Shown here piece after piece: positions 1 through 10,176 of a DNA stretch of 64,000 nt (positions are counted from its first letter, which is position 1; the number at the start of each line of letters is the position of its first letter). Source of the stretch: an uncultured Acidobacteriota bacterium (GTDB lineage Bacteria; Acidobacteriota; Thermoanaerobaculia; UBA5066; Gp7-AA6); NCBI GenBank assembly GCA_963832145.1, contig CAWHTA010000005.1:54562-118561 (forward strand). Direction: 5' to 3'. The notes beneath the pieces were generated by a model, which worked only from the letters and a program-made list of their open reading frames with translations, did no database searches and was not told the DNA's origin. Both the position numbers and the translations under genes were made by a program.

Positions 1-192
1 GTCATCAAGGGCCTCGACCTCAACGGCAAGGAGATCACCATCGAAGGGAAAGATCTTCTCGCCCGAGCGTTCTGCCACGAAATGGATCATCTCAACGGCG
101 TTTTCTTCCTCGATCACCTCAGTTTCATCAAGCGCGACATGATCAAGCGGAAGATTCGCAAGCTGGTGAAGCAGGGCGAGTGGGAGCGTTAA
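1..192 (+). CDS. def: Peptide deformylase, 3' end (partial)
   Basis: Frame 1 translates to ...LLARAFCHEMDHLNGVFFLDHL...EWER*. It has the HExxH motif and lies directly before fmt. Confidence 0.93.
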   Translation, partial: VIKGLDLNGKEITIEGKDLLARAFCHEMDHLNGVFFLDHLSFIKRDMIKRKIRKLVKQGEWER

Positions 193-1155
193 CCACGTCG
201 GCTGCAGCACGCATCGTCTTCGCAGGCACTTCTTCTTTCGCAGTTCCCATCCTTGAGACCGTGTTCAAAGCGGGTTACCCGATCGTCGGCGTGGTCACGC
301 AACCGGACAGACCGGCCGGCCGAGGGCAGCTCTTCCAGCCGCCTCCGGTAAAAAAGAAAGCTCTGGAACTCGGTTTCCCGTCCATCAGCCCGTGAGTTTG
401 AAGAACGACGACGCGCGGCGACTCTTCGCGACTCTGGCTCCCGAACTGCTCGTGGTCGTTGCGTACGGAAAAATTCTGCCGGCGTGGCTGCTGGAATTGC
501 CGCGCTACGGGGCGGTCAATCTTCATGGGTCTCTTCTGCCGCGCTATCGTGGCGCCGCTCCGATCCAATGGGCCATGGCCAACGGGGAATCCGAAACCGG
601 GGTCTGCACGATGAGACTGGATGAAGGCCTCGACACCGGGCCGGTGTACGCCTGCGAGAAAACTCCAATCGATCCTGAGGAGACCGTGCAGCAGTTGGCG
701 GAGCGGCTGGCGTCACTGGGCTGTGAGACTGATGGAGCGGACCTTAGACGGAATTGTCGCAGGAACTCTTGAGCCGGTTCCGCAGGATCACGAGCGCGCC
801 ACGCTTGCGCCGATTCTCAAAAGGGAAGATGGGAACATCGACTGGAGCCATCCGGCCCGAGCGATCCATAACCGGATACGCGCTTTCCATCCCTGGCCGG
901 GGTGCCGGACGGCCTTCCGTGATCTGACCTGCAGAGCTGATCCGGTCGCGGGTGAAGGGACCTGCTGCGGGCCATGGTCCGGGAACACTGGTCACTGGCA
1001 GCGGTGCGGAACGGTTCCTGGCGGTGGTCTGCGGTGACGGCCTCTTGCTCGAGCTTCTGGAAGTGCAGGTTCCGAACCGCAAGCCTCAGACAGGCATGGA
1101 TTTTGTGAATGGTTTCCGCATTACGACCGGCGAAAAACTTGGCCAGGTCCAATGA
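180..1155 (+). CDS. fmt: Methionyl-tRNA formyltransferase (frameshifted across 4 ORFs)
   Basis: Motifs VVTQPDRPAGRG, VVAYGKILP, NLHGSLLPRYRGAAPIQWA and IHNRIRAFHPWPG are spread over ORFs 180-395, 392-772, 621-1037 and 952-1155. Confidence 0.9.
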
Positions 1156-1167
1156 GGCTGTCGGATA

Positions 1168-1911
1168 ATGACGACTGTGAGTGAAAGTACACGCGACAGA
1201 CTCTCTCACGTTTCCAGCATCGCTCTCATGATCGCCATTCTCATCGTTGCGGCGGGCGTGAGCGCGATCACGGCCATGCGCTGGCGATTCAGGGAAAGGA
1301 AATCACGATCCCGGTTCTGACCGGAAAAACCGAAGGCGAGGCGACGGCCATCCTGGTGGAGAACAAGCTGGTTTTGCGGGTGTCCGGGAGACGATTCAAC
1401 AAGGAAGTGCCTGCGGGTTACATCGTCGAGCAGATTCCCCCTGCCGGGTCGCGGCTGAAGACGTCGCGGAGTGTAAGAGTGCTGGTTTCGGCGGGACCGC
1501 CCAGCTATGCGGTGCCGAATCTCGTGGGATCGAGTCTTCGCGCCGCAAGATTGACGCTCGAGCAGCGGAACTTCGCTTTGGGCAATACCTCGATGACACG
1601 AACTGCGGACGGCGAACCGCTGACGATCCAGCAGCAGGACCCGCTGCCTGGTTCTCAGGAATCTGCGGATCCGATCGTGAACGTTCTGGTGTCTTCGGGC
1701 CGGATTGAGGAGTCTTTTGTCATGCCGGATGTTGTGGGCAAGCGCCTGGATCAGGTTGCGTCGCGGATTCGCGCCGAAGGATTCCAGCTTGGCAAGTTGA
1801 GCTACCGGCGGGCGTCCGGAACCGAGGCCGGTGTTATCGTCCAGCAGCAACCGCAGGCCGGTCATCGCGTGTTAAAGAAGCGACGCCATACTTTTGGAAG
1901 TGAGCCAATGA
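1168..1911 (+). CDS. Membrane-anchored PASTA-domain protein (frameshifted)
   Basis: N-terminal transmembrane (TM) segment from ATG 1168, then three PASTA-like repeats (IPVLTGK, VPNLVG, MPDVVG, with Q.P.AG motifs). The fmt-PASTA-rpe order is typical. Confidence 0.8.
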
Positions 1912-2595
1912 GCATCCGAATCGCGCCGTCCATCCTGTCCGCGAACTTCGCCGCGCTTGGTGAAGACATTCGCAAGGTCGAGGAGGCGGGAGCGCACCTG
2001 CTGCACATCGATGTGATGGACGGGCATTTCGTACCCAATATCACCATCGGACCGCCTGTCGTGAAGTCGATCAGGAAAGTGGCGACAAAGCCCCTCGACG
2101 TCCATCTGATGATCACCGATCCGGATCAAGTACATTCCGGAATTCGTGGAGGCCGGCGCTTCCATCATGACCGTCCATGCGGAGGCCACCGTCCATCTGG
2201 ACCGGACCCTGAATTTTATCCAGTCTCACAATGTGCTGCGCGGGAGTGTCTATTAACCCATGCGACCCCTTTGACGGCGGTCGAGCATGCCCTCGATCAG
2301 GCGGATATGTTGTTGATAATGAGCGTCAATCCGGGATTCGGGGGGCAGAAGTACATCCCCTACGTGACTGAGAAGATTCGTCATGCCCGGGAAATCATTA
2401 ACAGGAGAAAGCTGAAGGTGCGTGATCGAGGTGGATGGGGGAATCGATATTCCGCTCATGCCGGAGGTCATCGCTGCCGGGGCGCAGATTCTAGTGGCAG
2501 GATCCGCCATCTTCAGCGACGCCGATCCTGCCCGTAAACTCAAGGAGATGCTGGCAACTGCGGCCCGCCTCAGCTATCATTCAAACGTTGTTTAA
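1908..2595 (+). CDS. rpe: Ribulose-phosphate 3-epimerase (frameshifted)
   Basis: [40 protein letters not shown]. Confidence 0.92.
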
Positions 2596-2608
2596 AGGAA
2601 TTCTCCCA

Positions 2609-3325
2609 ATGCGCAGATGGCTCGCTCTGGCCCTGCTTGTTTGCCTTTCGGGCTGCGGCAAAAAGGTGCCGCTCGCGACGTCGAACTCCGGTATCGTCGA
2701 ACGGGATCGAGAACTGTACGAGCAGGCAATGAAGGCACTCGGAAGAGCCGGTTTACCGTGGCCCGGCTGCAGCTTCAGACCCTGCTGGAGACCTACGAGG
2801 ACAGCGAGTACTCGGCCCAGGCGAAGTACGCCTACGCCGATACGTTCTATCTCGAAGGCGGCGCATTCCAACCTGCTGTCGGCGGAGTCCGAATTCCGGA
2901 AGTTCATCACGTTCTTTCCCGACGCATGAGTTGGCGGACGACGCCCAGCTCAAAATCGCGATGACCCATATCAAGCAATTGCAGAAACCGGATCGGGATG
3001 ACACCGAGGCCCGTCTGGCCGAACATGAACTGCAACGCCATGATCAGATGAACTATCCGGAAAGCCCGTTGCTCGAGGAAGCCAAAGAGAAGCTGCGGGC
3101 GGTTCAGGAGATTCTGGCGGAGAGCATCTTGGGTCCGGCCAAGCAGTACTACATGCGCCAGGCCTATCCGGCCGTCATCGATCGGTGCCAGGAGATCCTG
3201 AAGAAGTATCCCGACTTTTCGGGAACGGATCGGGTTTTGTATCTCCTCGGCGAAACCATGCGCAAGCTCAGTCCCGAGCAAAGCTCGGCGATACTACGCC
3301 CAGATCGTTCGCGACTATCCGCTAC
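2609..3325 (+). CDS. bamD: Outer membrane assembly lipoprotein BamD (frameshifted, 3' end lost at apparent junction)
   Basis: Lipobox LSGC, FRKFITFFP, PDRDDTEARLA and YPDFSGTDRVLYLLGE. Homology ends after YYAQIVRDYPL. Confidence 0.8.
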
Positions 3326-3357
3326 ACAAGCGTACCGAGCGGCGCCGGGCACGGACG

Positions 3358-3984
3358 GTGCAAGCTCAGCCACGCATGCGCCACGAACATCGGATTCCGC
3401 CGCTGCTCGTAGTGGGACTGGTGATTCTCATTCTGGCGGTCGGCGCCCTGGCCTATTACGCGGGGCGCTTCGGCCGTTCAGACGACGATCGCCCGGCCCG
3501 GGACGAATCCGCGTTCGAGCTGCCGACCCCGGGACCACCCGACCCTGCGGTCGCCGTCGTAATCCCGACGCCGGCTGAGGTTCCGCCAACGGTGACCCCG
3601 GGCGTCGCGGCCATGATCGAGAGAGAGACCCGCACGACGAGAACGATCCGCGGCTCCGCTCCTCTGGTCGAACGTTCCTCACAGGTCGAAGTTCCCGTGC
3701 CCGCTGTGATCCCGACGGCGCGCTTTCGCGACCCGGTTCCGACACGCGTGCCGACGCCGCGTCGCCCGATCGTCGTCCAGGTCGTCTCCACGCCCGTCCC
3801 CCGGCCGACGCCGACGCCCGAGCCGGTCGAGCCGGAAGTGATCTTCGAAGACCAGCCGAACGTGCCGGAGGATCCACCCCCGCCGGAAGCGACGCCGGAG
3901 CCGGTGCCGACGAGTCGGCCGAGCCGCGGGGGGACGGGGATCAGCGAGTCCGAACGGACCCGCGACTTGGCGAACCGGGCCTGA
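3358..3984 (+). CDS. Hypothetical single-TM protein with Pro/Thr-rich tail
   Basis: 208-aa ORF with one hydrophobic helix and PT-rich low-complexity sequence. The 5' end is uncertain. Confidence 0.55.
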   Translation: MQAQPRMRHEHRIPPLLVVGLVILILAVGALAYYAGRFGRSDDDRPARDESAFELPTPGPPDPAVAVVIPTPAEVPPTVTPGVAAMIERETRTTRTIRGSAPLVERSSQVEVPVPAVIPTARFRDPVPTRVPTPRRPIVVQVVSTPVPRPTPTPEPVEPEVIFEDQPNVPEDPPPPEATPEPVPTSRPSRGGTGISESERTRDLANRA

Positions 3985-4471
3985 TCGAACGAGAGGCCTC
4001 ACTCGGCCCTCGGAGGAGCTGGTCGACGGATCGATTCCGAACCCACGAGACCAGATTGCTAAGGGAGCGGCTCAGTGCGGGGTCGATCTGCTTCTCCAGA
4101 CTCTTCGCTCTCTCGGCGCCGGGCGTCTTGAGTTGATATCGCCGGCTGCCGTCCTCGGCCGAGAACCGGATCGAGACGAGACCCTTCTTCGCGAGGGCGT
4201 GCGCATCGGAGTAGATCTGTTCGGAGAAGTCTCCGCCGGCCACCGGGCGAAACTCGTAGAAGCCGTTTTCGGCGACCGCCGGGTGGCGCTGGCCGAGCAG
4301 AAAGAGGGCCTTCTGCAGCTGAACCGGGTGCAGACCGTCGGAAGCGGCGATGACCAGAAGTGTCCAGTCTTCACGCGCGACGACGGCTTTTCGAGACCCA
4401 TTCCCCAGGCGGAATCCCACCAGATTGACTCTTCCCGAAACAGTTCTGTCACGTTGAAGTCGTCGCGTCAA
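3941..4471 (-). CDS. Hypothetical winged-helix protein, YwgA/SocA-like (start uncertain)
   Basis: PVQLQKALFLL...FYEFRP..GDFSEQIYSD...GLV..RYQL pattern resembles that family. The assignment is from recall only. Confidence 0.5.
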   Translation of the reverse strand: MTRRLQRDRTVSGRVNLVGFRLGNGSRKAVVAREDWTLLVIAASDGLHPVQLQKALFLLGQRHPAVAENGFYEFRPVAGGDFSEQIYSDAHALAKKGLVSIRFSAEDGSRRYQLKTPGAERAKSLEKQIDPALSRSLSNLVSWVRNRSVDQLLRGPSEASRSIRPGSPSRGSVRTR

Positions 4472-4506
4472 CGGAAATCGGGGGGAGGGATCCTCCGCTG
4501 GACAGG

Positions 4507-4782
4507 TTAAGGCGGGAGGCCGAGCTCGAGCTGGTCCTTGGGGAGCGCGATCGCATTCTCCTTGCGGCCCCGGTCCACGCAGACGAAGCAGGCCTTGAAG
4601 ACGTTCTCATACCCCATCTTCATCTCGCGCGCCGTCACGTGGATATCGCGGGGCGGGTAGGGCTCGTCGAGGCGCCGCACCGTCACGAGGATTCCGTTTC
4701 CGACGCGCGTCCGCTCACCGAGCGCGAAACGGTGGGGAGGCTCGGCCGTGCACTCGAGAGGCGGTGATGCCTCAGCGGACAT
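4507..4782 (-). CDS. Small hypothetical protein, possible Zn-binding
   Basis: 91-aa ORF overlapping the STAS gene end. Contains C..H and CFVC. Confidence 0.5.
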   Translation of the reverse strand: MSAEASPPLECTAEPPHRFALGERTRVGNGILVTVRRLDEPYPPRDIHVTAREMKMGYENVFKACFVCVDRGRKENAIALPKDQLELGLPP

Positions 4783-5137
4783 CGGTATCCGCTTCCTTGT
4801 TCGCGATCGTGCCGAGGGCTTCCGCGACCGTTTCGTAGATCTCGAAGAGCGAGTCGAGCTTCGCCGTGCGAAGAAGCGAGGCGATCCTCTCGCGCGGATG
4901 GACGAGCGCGAGCTCGCGGCCTTCCCCCTTCAAACGGTGAAGCGCTCCCACGAGCACTCCGACGACAGTCGAGTCCATGTACTCGAGGTCGGTGAGGTCG
5001 AGGATGAGCGCGCCCGTGCCTTCGGTTGCCGCGCGCTCGAGGCTCTGCTCGAACTCCCGTCCGGTCTCGCCGATCTTCACCGAGCCCTTGACCCGCAGGA
5101 CGGTGTTTCCACCGAGGTGGTCGTTTTCGATGAACAT
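4772..5137 (-). CDS. STAS-domain anti-sigma factor antagonist
   Basis: ILDLTDLEYMDSTVVGVLV has the phosphorylatable DS motif. ATG at 5137. Confidence 0.88.
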   Translation of the reverse strand: MFIENDHLGGNTVLRVKGSVKIGETGREFEQSLERAATEGTGALILDLTDLEYMDSTVVGVLVGALHRLKGEGRELALVHPRERIASLLRTAKLDSLFEIYETVAEALGTIANKEADTDVR

Positions 5138-5159
5138 CGCTAGCGACAGACCATGCCGG

Positions 5160-5570
5160 TCAAGCCGCGCCCTGCCGCACGAGAATCGAGCCGCGCGCGA
5201 CCGTCTCCGGGCCGGAGTTGACCTCGCCCTCGAACTTGAGAACGGCGCCGAAGCGGGCCGCGAGGCGGACCACGACTTCCAGGCTCTCACCCGCCTGAGG
5301 CCGGCGCAGGACTTCGAAGCCGTCGATGCCGGCGAGAAATCCCTTCCGCCCCGCGTCGACGTCGCCGCCCTGGAGCAGCAGTGCCGCCTGGGCGAGCGCC
5401 TCGGCGAGAAGGACCGGGCTCCCCCACTCGGGTCCCATGGCGCCCCGGGCATTCGCCGTCAACCGCGCCGACACGGAGCCGCCAAAGGAGTCGCCGCCGC
5501 TTCTCTCCCTGACCGTGTCCACGAAGCGGAACGGGTAGACGTGCGGGAGACCCGGGTCGGTCGTGGTCAT
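5160..5570 (-). CDS. FabZ/FabA-like hotdog-fold dehydratase homolog
   Basis: LPHVYPFRFVD and PVLLAEALAQ motifs; adjacent to the ACP gene. Confidence 0.75.
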   Translation of the reverse strand: MTTTDPGLPHVYPFRFVDTVRERSGGDSFGGSVSARLTANARGAMGPEWGSPVLLAEALAQAALLLQGGDVDAGRKGFLAGIDGFEVLRRPQAGESLEVVVRLAARFGAVLKFEGEVNSGPETVARGSILVRQGAA

Positions 5571-5827
5571 GCGATCTTCTTGTGCTCGATGAAGTCGACG
5601 AGCGCGTTCACGGAGGCGAAGGCCTTGACCCCTACCTCTTCGTCCTCGACTTTGATGCCGAACTCCTGCTCGAGCCCGAGCACGAGCTCGAGCGCGTCGA
5701 TCGAGTCGAGCCCGAGCCCTTCGCCGAAGAGCGGGGCGTCGTCCTCGATGCTCTTCGGATCGATGTCGAGCTTCAGGCGCCGCACGATCAGCTCCTTCAC
5801 GCGCGGCGCCAGGTTTTCATTGCCCAT
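5567..5827 (-). CDS. Acyl carrier protein
   Basis: GLGLDSIDALELV phosphopantetheine attachment site. Confidence 0.93.
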   Translation of the reverse strand: MGNENLAPRVKELIVRRLKLDIDPKSIEDDAPLFGEGLGLDSIDALELVLGLEQEFGIKVEDEEVGVKAFASVNALVDFIEHKKIA

Positions 5828-5889
5828 CCGGTCTCCTCAAAGGGAAAATTATAGACGGACCGCCTGTTTCACCCTCAGCCGGCTCCCGC

Positions 5890-6618
5890 TCAGGCCATCC
5901 CGCCGTCCACCCGCCAGACCTGGCCGGTCACGTAGGACGCCCGTTCCGAGACGAGGAATGCGACGACCGCCGCTATCTCTTCGGGCGCGGCGAAACGAGC
6001 CATGGGGATTCTGCGGAGGAATTCCTCGCGGGCGTCGTCTTTCAGGTGCGCGATGATCTCGGTCGACACGAGGCCGGGCGCGACGGCGTTCACCGTGATC
6101 TGGCGCGTCGCGAGCTCGAGCGCGAGCGCCTTCGTGAACGCGATCAGGCCCCCCTTGGCCGCCGAATAGTTCGTCTGGCCGACGTGCCCCGAGATGCCGG
6201 ACACCGAGACGACGTTGACGATCCGGCCCCATCCCTTGTGCAGCATCCCGCGAATGACCGCCTTGGTGATCCGGAACGCTCCCTTCAGGTCCGTGTCGAG
6301 GACGAAGTCCCAGTCCTCCTCCTTCATGAAGGGAAAGAGCGCGTCCTTGATGACGCCGGCGTTGTTGACGAGGATGTCGGCCCCGCCGAACTCCGAGGCG
6401 ACCCGCTCCCCGAGGGCGCGGACTTCAGCCGCCTTCGTCACGTCCGCTCCGATCGCGGCGGCCTCGCCCCCCGCGGCGCGGATCTGCGCCACGGTCTCCT
6501 CCGCGCTCGCTTCGTCCTGCCGGTAGGACACGACCACGCGATGTCCGGCCGCCGCGAGCTCGAGCGCGATCGCGCGCCCGATGCCTCGGGAGCCCCCCGT
6601 CACGAGCGCCGTCTTCAT
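5890..6618 (-). CDS. fabG: 3-oxoacyl-ACP reductase
   Basis: TGGSRGIG, NNAG and YSAAK short-chain dehydrogenase motifs. Confidence 0.9.
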   Translation of the reverse strand: MKTALVTGGSRGIGRAIALELAAAGHRVVVSYRQDEASAEETVAQIRAAGGEAAAIGADVTKAAEVRALGERVASEFGGADILVNNAGVIKDALFPFMKEEDWDFVLDTDLKGAFRITKAVIRGMLHKGWGRIVNVVSVSGISGHVGQTNYSAAKGGLIAFTKALALELATRQITVNAVAPGLVSTEIIAHLKDDAREEFLRRIPMARFAAPEEIAAVVAFLVSERASYVTGQVWRVDGGMA

Positions 6619-7547
6619 GCGCCGGCGAGACTATCCGACAGGGACCGGATGGCCGCGAGCGTCCCCGCCGGCCGGCAGGTCGTCGAGCGATCGATCCAGC
6701 GCGCCATCTTCGAGAGCATGTCTCCCGGACCGACTTCCACGAAGGACTGCATCCCATCGGAGACCATCGCCTGGTAGGTGTCGTTCCAGAGCGTGGGATG
6801 GATGAACTCCGTGCCGAGGAGCTCGCGGACCTGCTCCGCTGTCGTCGCTCGCCGGCCGTCGGGTCCGTAGTACGGCAGCGCGGGCGCGCGGATCGATCGG
6901 CAAGCCGCCACGACGGGTGCGACCGCCTTCGCGACCGGGTCCATGAGCGGGCTGTGAATCGGCCAGCTCATCGAGAGGCGCAGGACGGTGAGCGAGCGGG
7001 GCGCGAGGAGCGTGAGAGCCTCCTCCACCGCTTCCGACAGGCCCGTCAGCACGAACTGGGTCGAGGCGTTCACGTTTCCGATCCACACGGGCCGGCCGCG
7101 TCCGCGCAGGTCCGCGCAGACCTCGTCCACCGTCTCGCGACGGGAGCCGACGACAGCGCCCATCGATCCGTGGATACCGAGCCTCTCGGTCTCCCGCCAG
7201 ACCGCGACGAGGACGTCGAGCGCGTCCTCGTACGAGATGGCTCCGGCCGCGACGAGCGCGGCGTAGTTTCCGAGGCTGTAGCCCGCGGTCGCCGCGGGCC
7301 GGACGCCCTGCATTTCCAGGGCGCGGGCGGCGAGCGTCGAAACGAGATACACCCCGGCCTGCGCCGCGAGGTTCTCGTGAAGGTCCTTCTCCGGTCCCTG
7401 GAAGAGGATCCTCTCGAGGTCGCGCCCGCAACGCGCCGACGTCCGGGCGAAGAGGTCGCGCGCCGCCGGATCCGACTCCCAGAAGTCCCGCCCCATCCCG
7501 ACGACTTCCGCGAGCTGCCCGGAAAAGAGGAATCCGACGCCGCTCAT
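6615..7547 (-). CDS. FabD-like ACP acyltransferase (atypical active site)
   Basis: FLFSGQ, GYSLG nucleophile motif, HSPLM and FVEVGPG. Confidence 0.85.
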   Translation of the reverse strand: MSGVGFLFSGQLAEVVGMGRDFWESDPAARDLFARTSARCGRDLERILFQGPEKDLHENLAAQAGVYLVSTLAARALEMQGVRPAATAGYSLGNYAALVAAGAISYEDALDVLVAVWRETERLGIHGSMGAVVGSRRETVDEVCADLRGRGRPVWIGNVNASTQFVLTGLSEAVEEALTLLAPRSLTVLRLSMSWPIHSPLMDPVAKAVAPVVAACRSIRAPALPYYGPDGRRATTAEQVRELLGTEFIHPTLWNDTYQAMVSDGMQSFVEVGPGDMLSKMARWIDRSTTCRPAGTLAAIRSLSDSLAGA

Positions 7548-8419
7548 GGCGCTGCCAGGGTGGGAAGGACGTCGGCGAGGGGAACGCTGCTATCCGCGGC
7601 GAGCCAGCGGCGGAACCGGGCGGGGAGCCGGCCGAGCCGGAGAAAGTGAACGGTGCGCAGGAGCGCCGGGAGCCCGTCCATGCGCGGATGGGCGGAATCG
7701 AACTCCCACGGGTGAAACGTGAATACCGCCGGGAACCCGCGGTCTCGATACGCCCGCTCCGCCTCCGCGATCCGCTCCTCGGGGAGCAGCCGGAACGGCC
7801 AGCCGCCGCCGACGGGGAGGCGCCGTCCGAAGCCGCGCCCGGTCAGGGGCGGCACCTCGAGGATCGACGAGCCGTTTCGCTCGATGCGATAGGGGCCGAG
7901 GGGGTTCTCGAAGCGGCCGAGCGGCGGCACCGCCGTAGCGGAAGCGTCGCAGGCGAATCCCTCCTCCGCGAGGATTTCGAGCGCCGGATCGCCCGGGTGC
8001 CGGATCGACCACTCCGCGGCGCGGTGGGACCCGCAGCGGACTCCCCCGGCGTCCTCGATGGCGGCCCGGGCGGCGACGAGGTCGGCGCGGAACTCGTCCG
8101 CAGTCATCTCGTCGGCGCGCCGGTGGCGCTCCCCGTGCACGCCGACCTCGTGGCCGCGACGCAGCGCGTCCCGCACGAGATGAGGCTTCCGCCGCGCGAC
8201 CCAGCCGAGGAAGAAGACTGTCGCGCGGTGTCCTCTCTCTTCCAGCAGGTCGAAGAGATGGGTCAGAGTCGTCTCGATCCGCGACGGAAAAGTGTCCCAC
8301 CGCCGCCAGTCCGAGTAGTAGTCCTCGCCGCAGACGTGAAACCAGTCTTCGGCGTCGATCGTGAGGACGCGGGGAGCGCGGCCGGGGGTTCGGAGAAGGG
8401 TGATTCGGGGCTCTTCCAC
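7544..8419 (-). CDS. Polysaccharide deacetylase (DUF3473/XrtA-associated type)
   Basis: LTIDAEDWFH, ATVFFLGWVA, GHEVGVHG and FHPWEFD. GTG start chosen at 8419. Confidence 0.85.
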   Translation of the reverse strand: MEEPRITLLRTPGRAPRVLTIDAEDWFHVCGEDYYSDWRRWDTFPSRIETTLTHLFDLLEERGHRATVFFLGWVARRKPHLVRDALRRGHEVGVHGERHRRADEMTADEFRADLVAARAAIEDAGGVRCGSHRAAEWSIRHPGDPALEILAEEGFACDASATAVPPLGRFENPLGPYRIERNGSSILEVPPLTGRGFGRRLPVGGGWPFRLLPEERIAEAERAYRDRGFPAVFTFHPWEFDSAHPRMDGLPALLRTVHFLRLGRLPARFRRWLAADSSVPLADVLPTLAAP

Positions 8420-8508
8420 GGAGACGATCTTAGCGGCCGCTCGACGCGGCCGGGAGAGAGCAGGCGGCCGCTTCGCAACAGCCCATGGCTGTAAAGATCG
8501 CTCCTGAA

Positions 8509-9189
8509 CTAATCGACTTCGAAGACCTTGTAGTACACGGCGCCCCACGAGACGGTCCACGTGTCCCGGAAGGGGCGGTAGTGCGAAGGTTCGCCGTTGT
8601 AGATCGCGTGCACCGGAACGCTCGCGAACCGGCGCACGTGAGGCGCGGCCTTCAGCAGGATCTCGGTCTCGATCGAATAACCCTTTGCCGAGAGCGATAG
8701 CCGCCGCAGGAGCGGCGCAGCGATCACGCGGTAGCCAGACTGCCCGTCCTCGACGTCGTGGCCCGTCATGCGGGCCAGGATGCGGCTGCCGATCTCGTTC
8801 GTCCGGAAGCGTACGGTCGGGATGCCGTCGCTTTCCCGCATGCGCGAGCCGATCACGAAGTCGTCGCCGCTTCGGGCTGCGTCGAGAAGCGCGGGCAGGT
8901 CCGCCGGGTCGTGCTGCCCGTCCGCGTCGACAAAGACGACGTGAGTAGCCGCCGTTGGAAGGACGATCTCGAGCCCGGCGCGGAGCGCCGCGCCTTTTCC
9001 GCTGTTCGAGTGAAGCCGATGAACCCGCGCTCCGGCGCGCTCCGCCTCTTCGCTCGTTCGATCCGTGGAGCCGTCGTCGACGACGAGCACGTCGGGCACG
9101 TGGCGGCGGAGACTTTCGACGACCGCGCGGACGGTGCCCGCTGCCTGGTAGGCCGGCACGATCGCAACCGGAAGAAACTCTCGACTCAC
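8509..9189 (-). CDS. Glycosyltransferase family 2
   Basis: IVPAYQ, VVDDGSTD, NSGKGAAL, DADGQH and DGQSGYR. Confidence 0.9.
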   Translation of the reverse strand: MSREFLPVAIVPAYQAAGTVRAVVESLRRHVPDVLVVDDGSTDRTSEEAERAGARVHRLHSNSGKGAALRAGLEIVLPTAATHVVFVDADGQHDPADLPALLDAARSGDDFVIGSRMRESDGIPTVRFRTNEIGSRILARMTGHDVEDGQSGYRVIAAPLLRRLSLSAKGYSIETEILLKAAPHVRRFASVPVHAIYNGEPSHYRPFRDTWTVSWGAVYYKVFEVD

Positions 9190-9245
9190 GTCGTCGATCG
9201 TAGCGCGCGGAGCGAAGACTTCTCCCGTTGACTCGCCCTCCGCGC

Positions 9246-9263
9246 TTGTGAAAAAGTTCACAA
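9246..9263 (+). promoter_or_regulatory. Rex operator upstream of nuoA
   Basis: Perfect TTGTGAA-AAAG-TTCACAA, the Rex consensus. A TTGACT -35-like hexamer sits at 9228-9233, and rex is in the same operon. Confidence 0.88.
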
Positions 9264-9316
9264 CCGCGCGGCCCCGGGCAACTCGCCGCGCCAGCCGAAA
9301 CGAGCGCGAGGTGCGG

Positions 9317-9670
9317 ATGGCCGAAAGCTACCTCCCGATCCTCATCCTGATGCTCTTCGCAATCGGCGTTGCCGGCGTGATGATTCTTCTCTCTTCCTTC
9401 CTCGGACCCCGCCTTCGCACGCGCCGCAAGCTCGACACCTACGAGAGCGGGATGCCGCTGCTCGACGCGTCGCACAAGCGCATCTCGATCCAGTTTTTCC
9501 TGATCGCGATGGTCTTCATCCTGTTCGACGTCGAAATCGCGTTCCTCTACCCCTGGGCGGTCGTGTTCCGGGAGGGCGGGATTCCCCTCTTCATCGAGAT
9601 GCTCGTCTTCTTGGGGATCCTCGCCGTCGGATACGCCTACCTCTGGAAGAAGAAGGCCTTCGACTGGTGA
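9317..9670 (+). CDS. nuoA: NADH-quinone oxidoreductase subunit A
   Basis: YESGM and FILFDVEIAFLYPWAV. Confidence 0.95.
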   Translation: MAESYLPILILMLFAIGVAGVMILLSSFLGPRLRTRRKLDTYESGMPLLDASHKRISIQFFLIAMVFILFDVEIAFLYPWAVVFREGGIPLFIEMLVFLGILAVGYAYLWKKKAFDW

Positions 9671-10176
9671 CCGGCCGCCGATACGGGGTCGAGTCGGCCG
9701 GCCGACCCGCCGAGTTTCCTCCCGAGGCGCGAGAGCGCATCGACCGGATCCTCGCCCGCTACCCGACGAAGCAGGCGGCGCTCCTGCCGATCCTCTGGGT
9801 CGCGCAGGAGACGTGGGGCTGGGTGTCCCGCGAAGCGGCGGAAGAGGTCGCCCGGATCGTGGAAGTCCCTCCCGCGCACGTGTCCGGCGTCCTCACCTTC
9901 TACACGATGTACAACCTCGCGCCGGTCGGCCGGCACCTCCTGCAGTTCTGCACGTCGATCTCCTGCCACCTCGCGGGCGCGGGGAATCTCCTCGAGCACT
10001 GCCGGCGGCGCCTCGGAATCGACATGGGCCAGACGACACCCGACGGGAGGTTCACTCTCACGGAAGTCGAGTGCATCGCGGGGTGCGACCGGGCCCCTTC
10101 GATGATGGTGAACGACGCGTACCACGAGCCGATGGACGCGCCGAAGCTCGACGCGCTCCTGGAGCGACTGCCATGA
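9667..10176 (+). CDS. nuoE: NADH-quinone oxidoreductase subunit E
   Basis: TFYTMY, with CTSISC and ECIAGC as [2Fe-2S] ligands. Confidence 0.95.
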   Translation: MTGRRYGVESAGRPAEFPPEARERIDRILARYPTKQAALLPILWVAQETWGWVSREAAEEVARIVEVPPAHVSGVLTFYTMYNLAPVGRHLLQFCTSISCHLAGAGNLLEHCRRRLGIDMGQTTPDGRFTLTEVECIAGCDRAPSMMVNDAYHEPMDAPKLDALLERLP

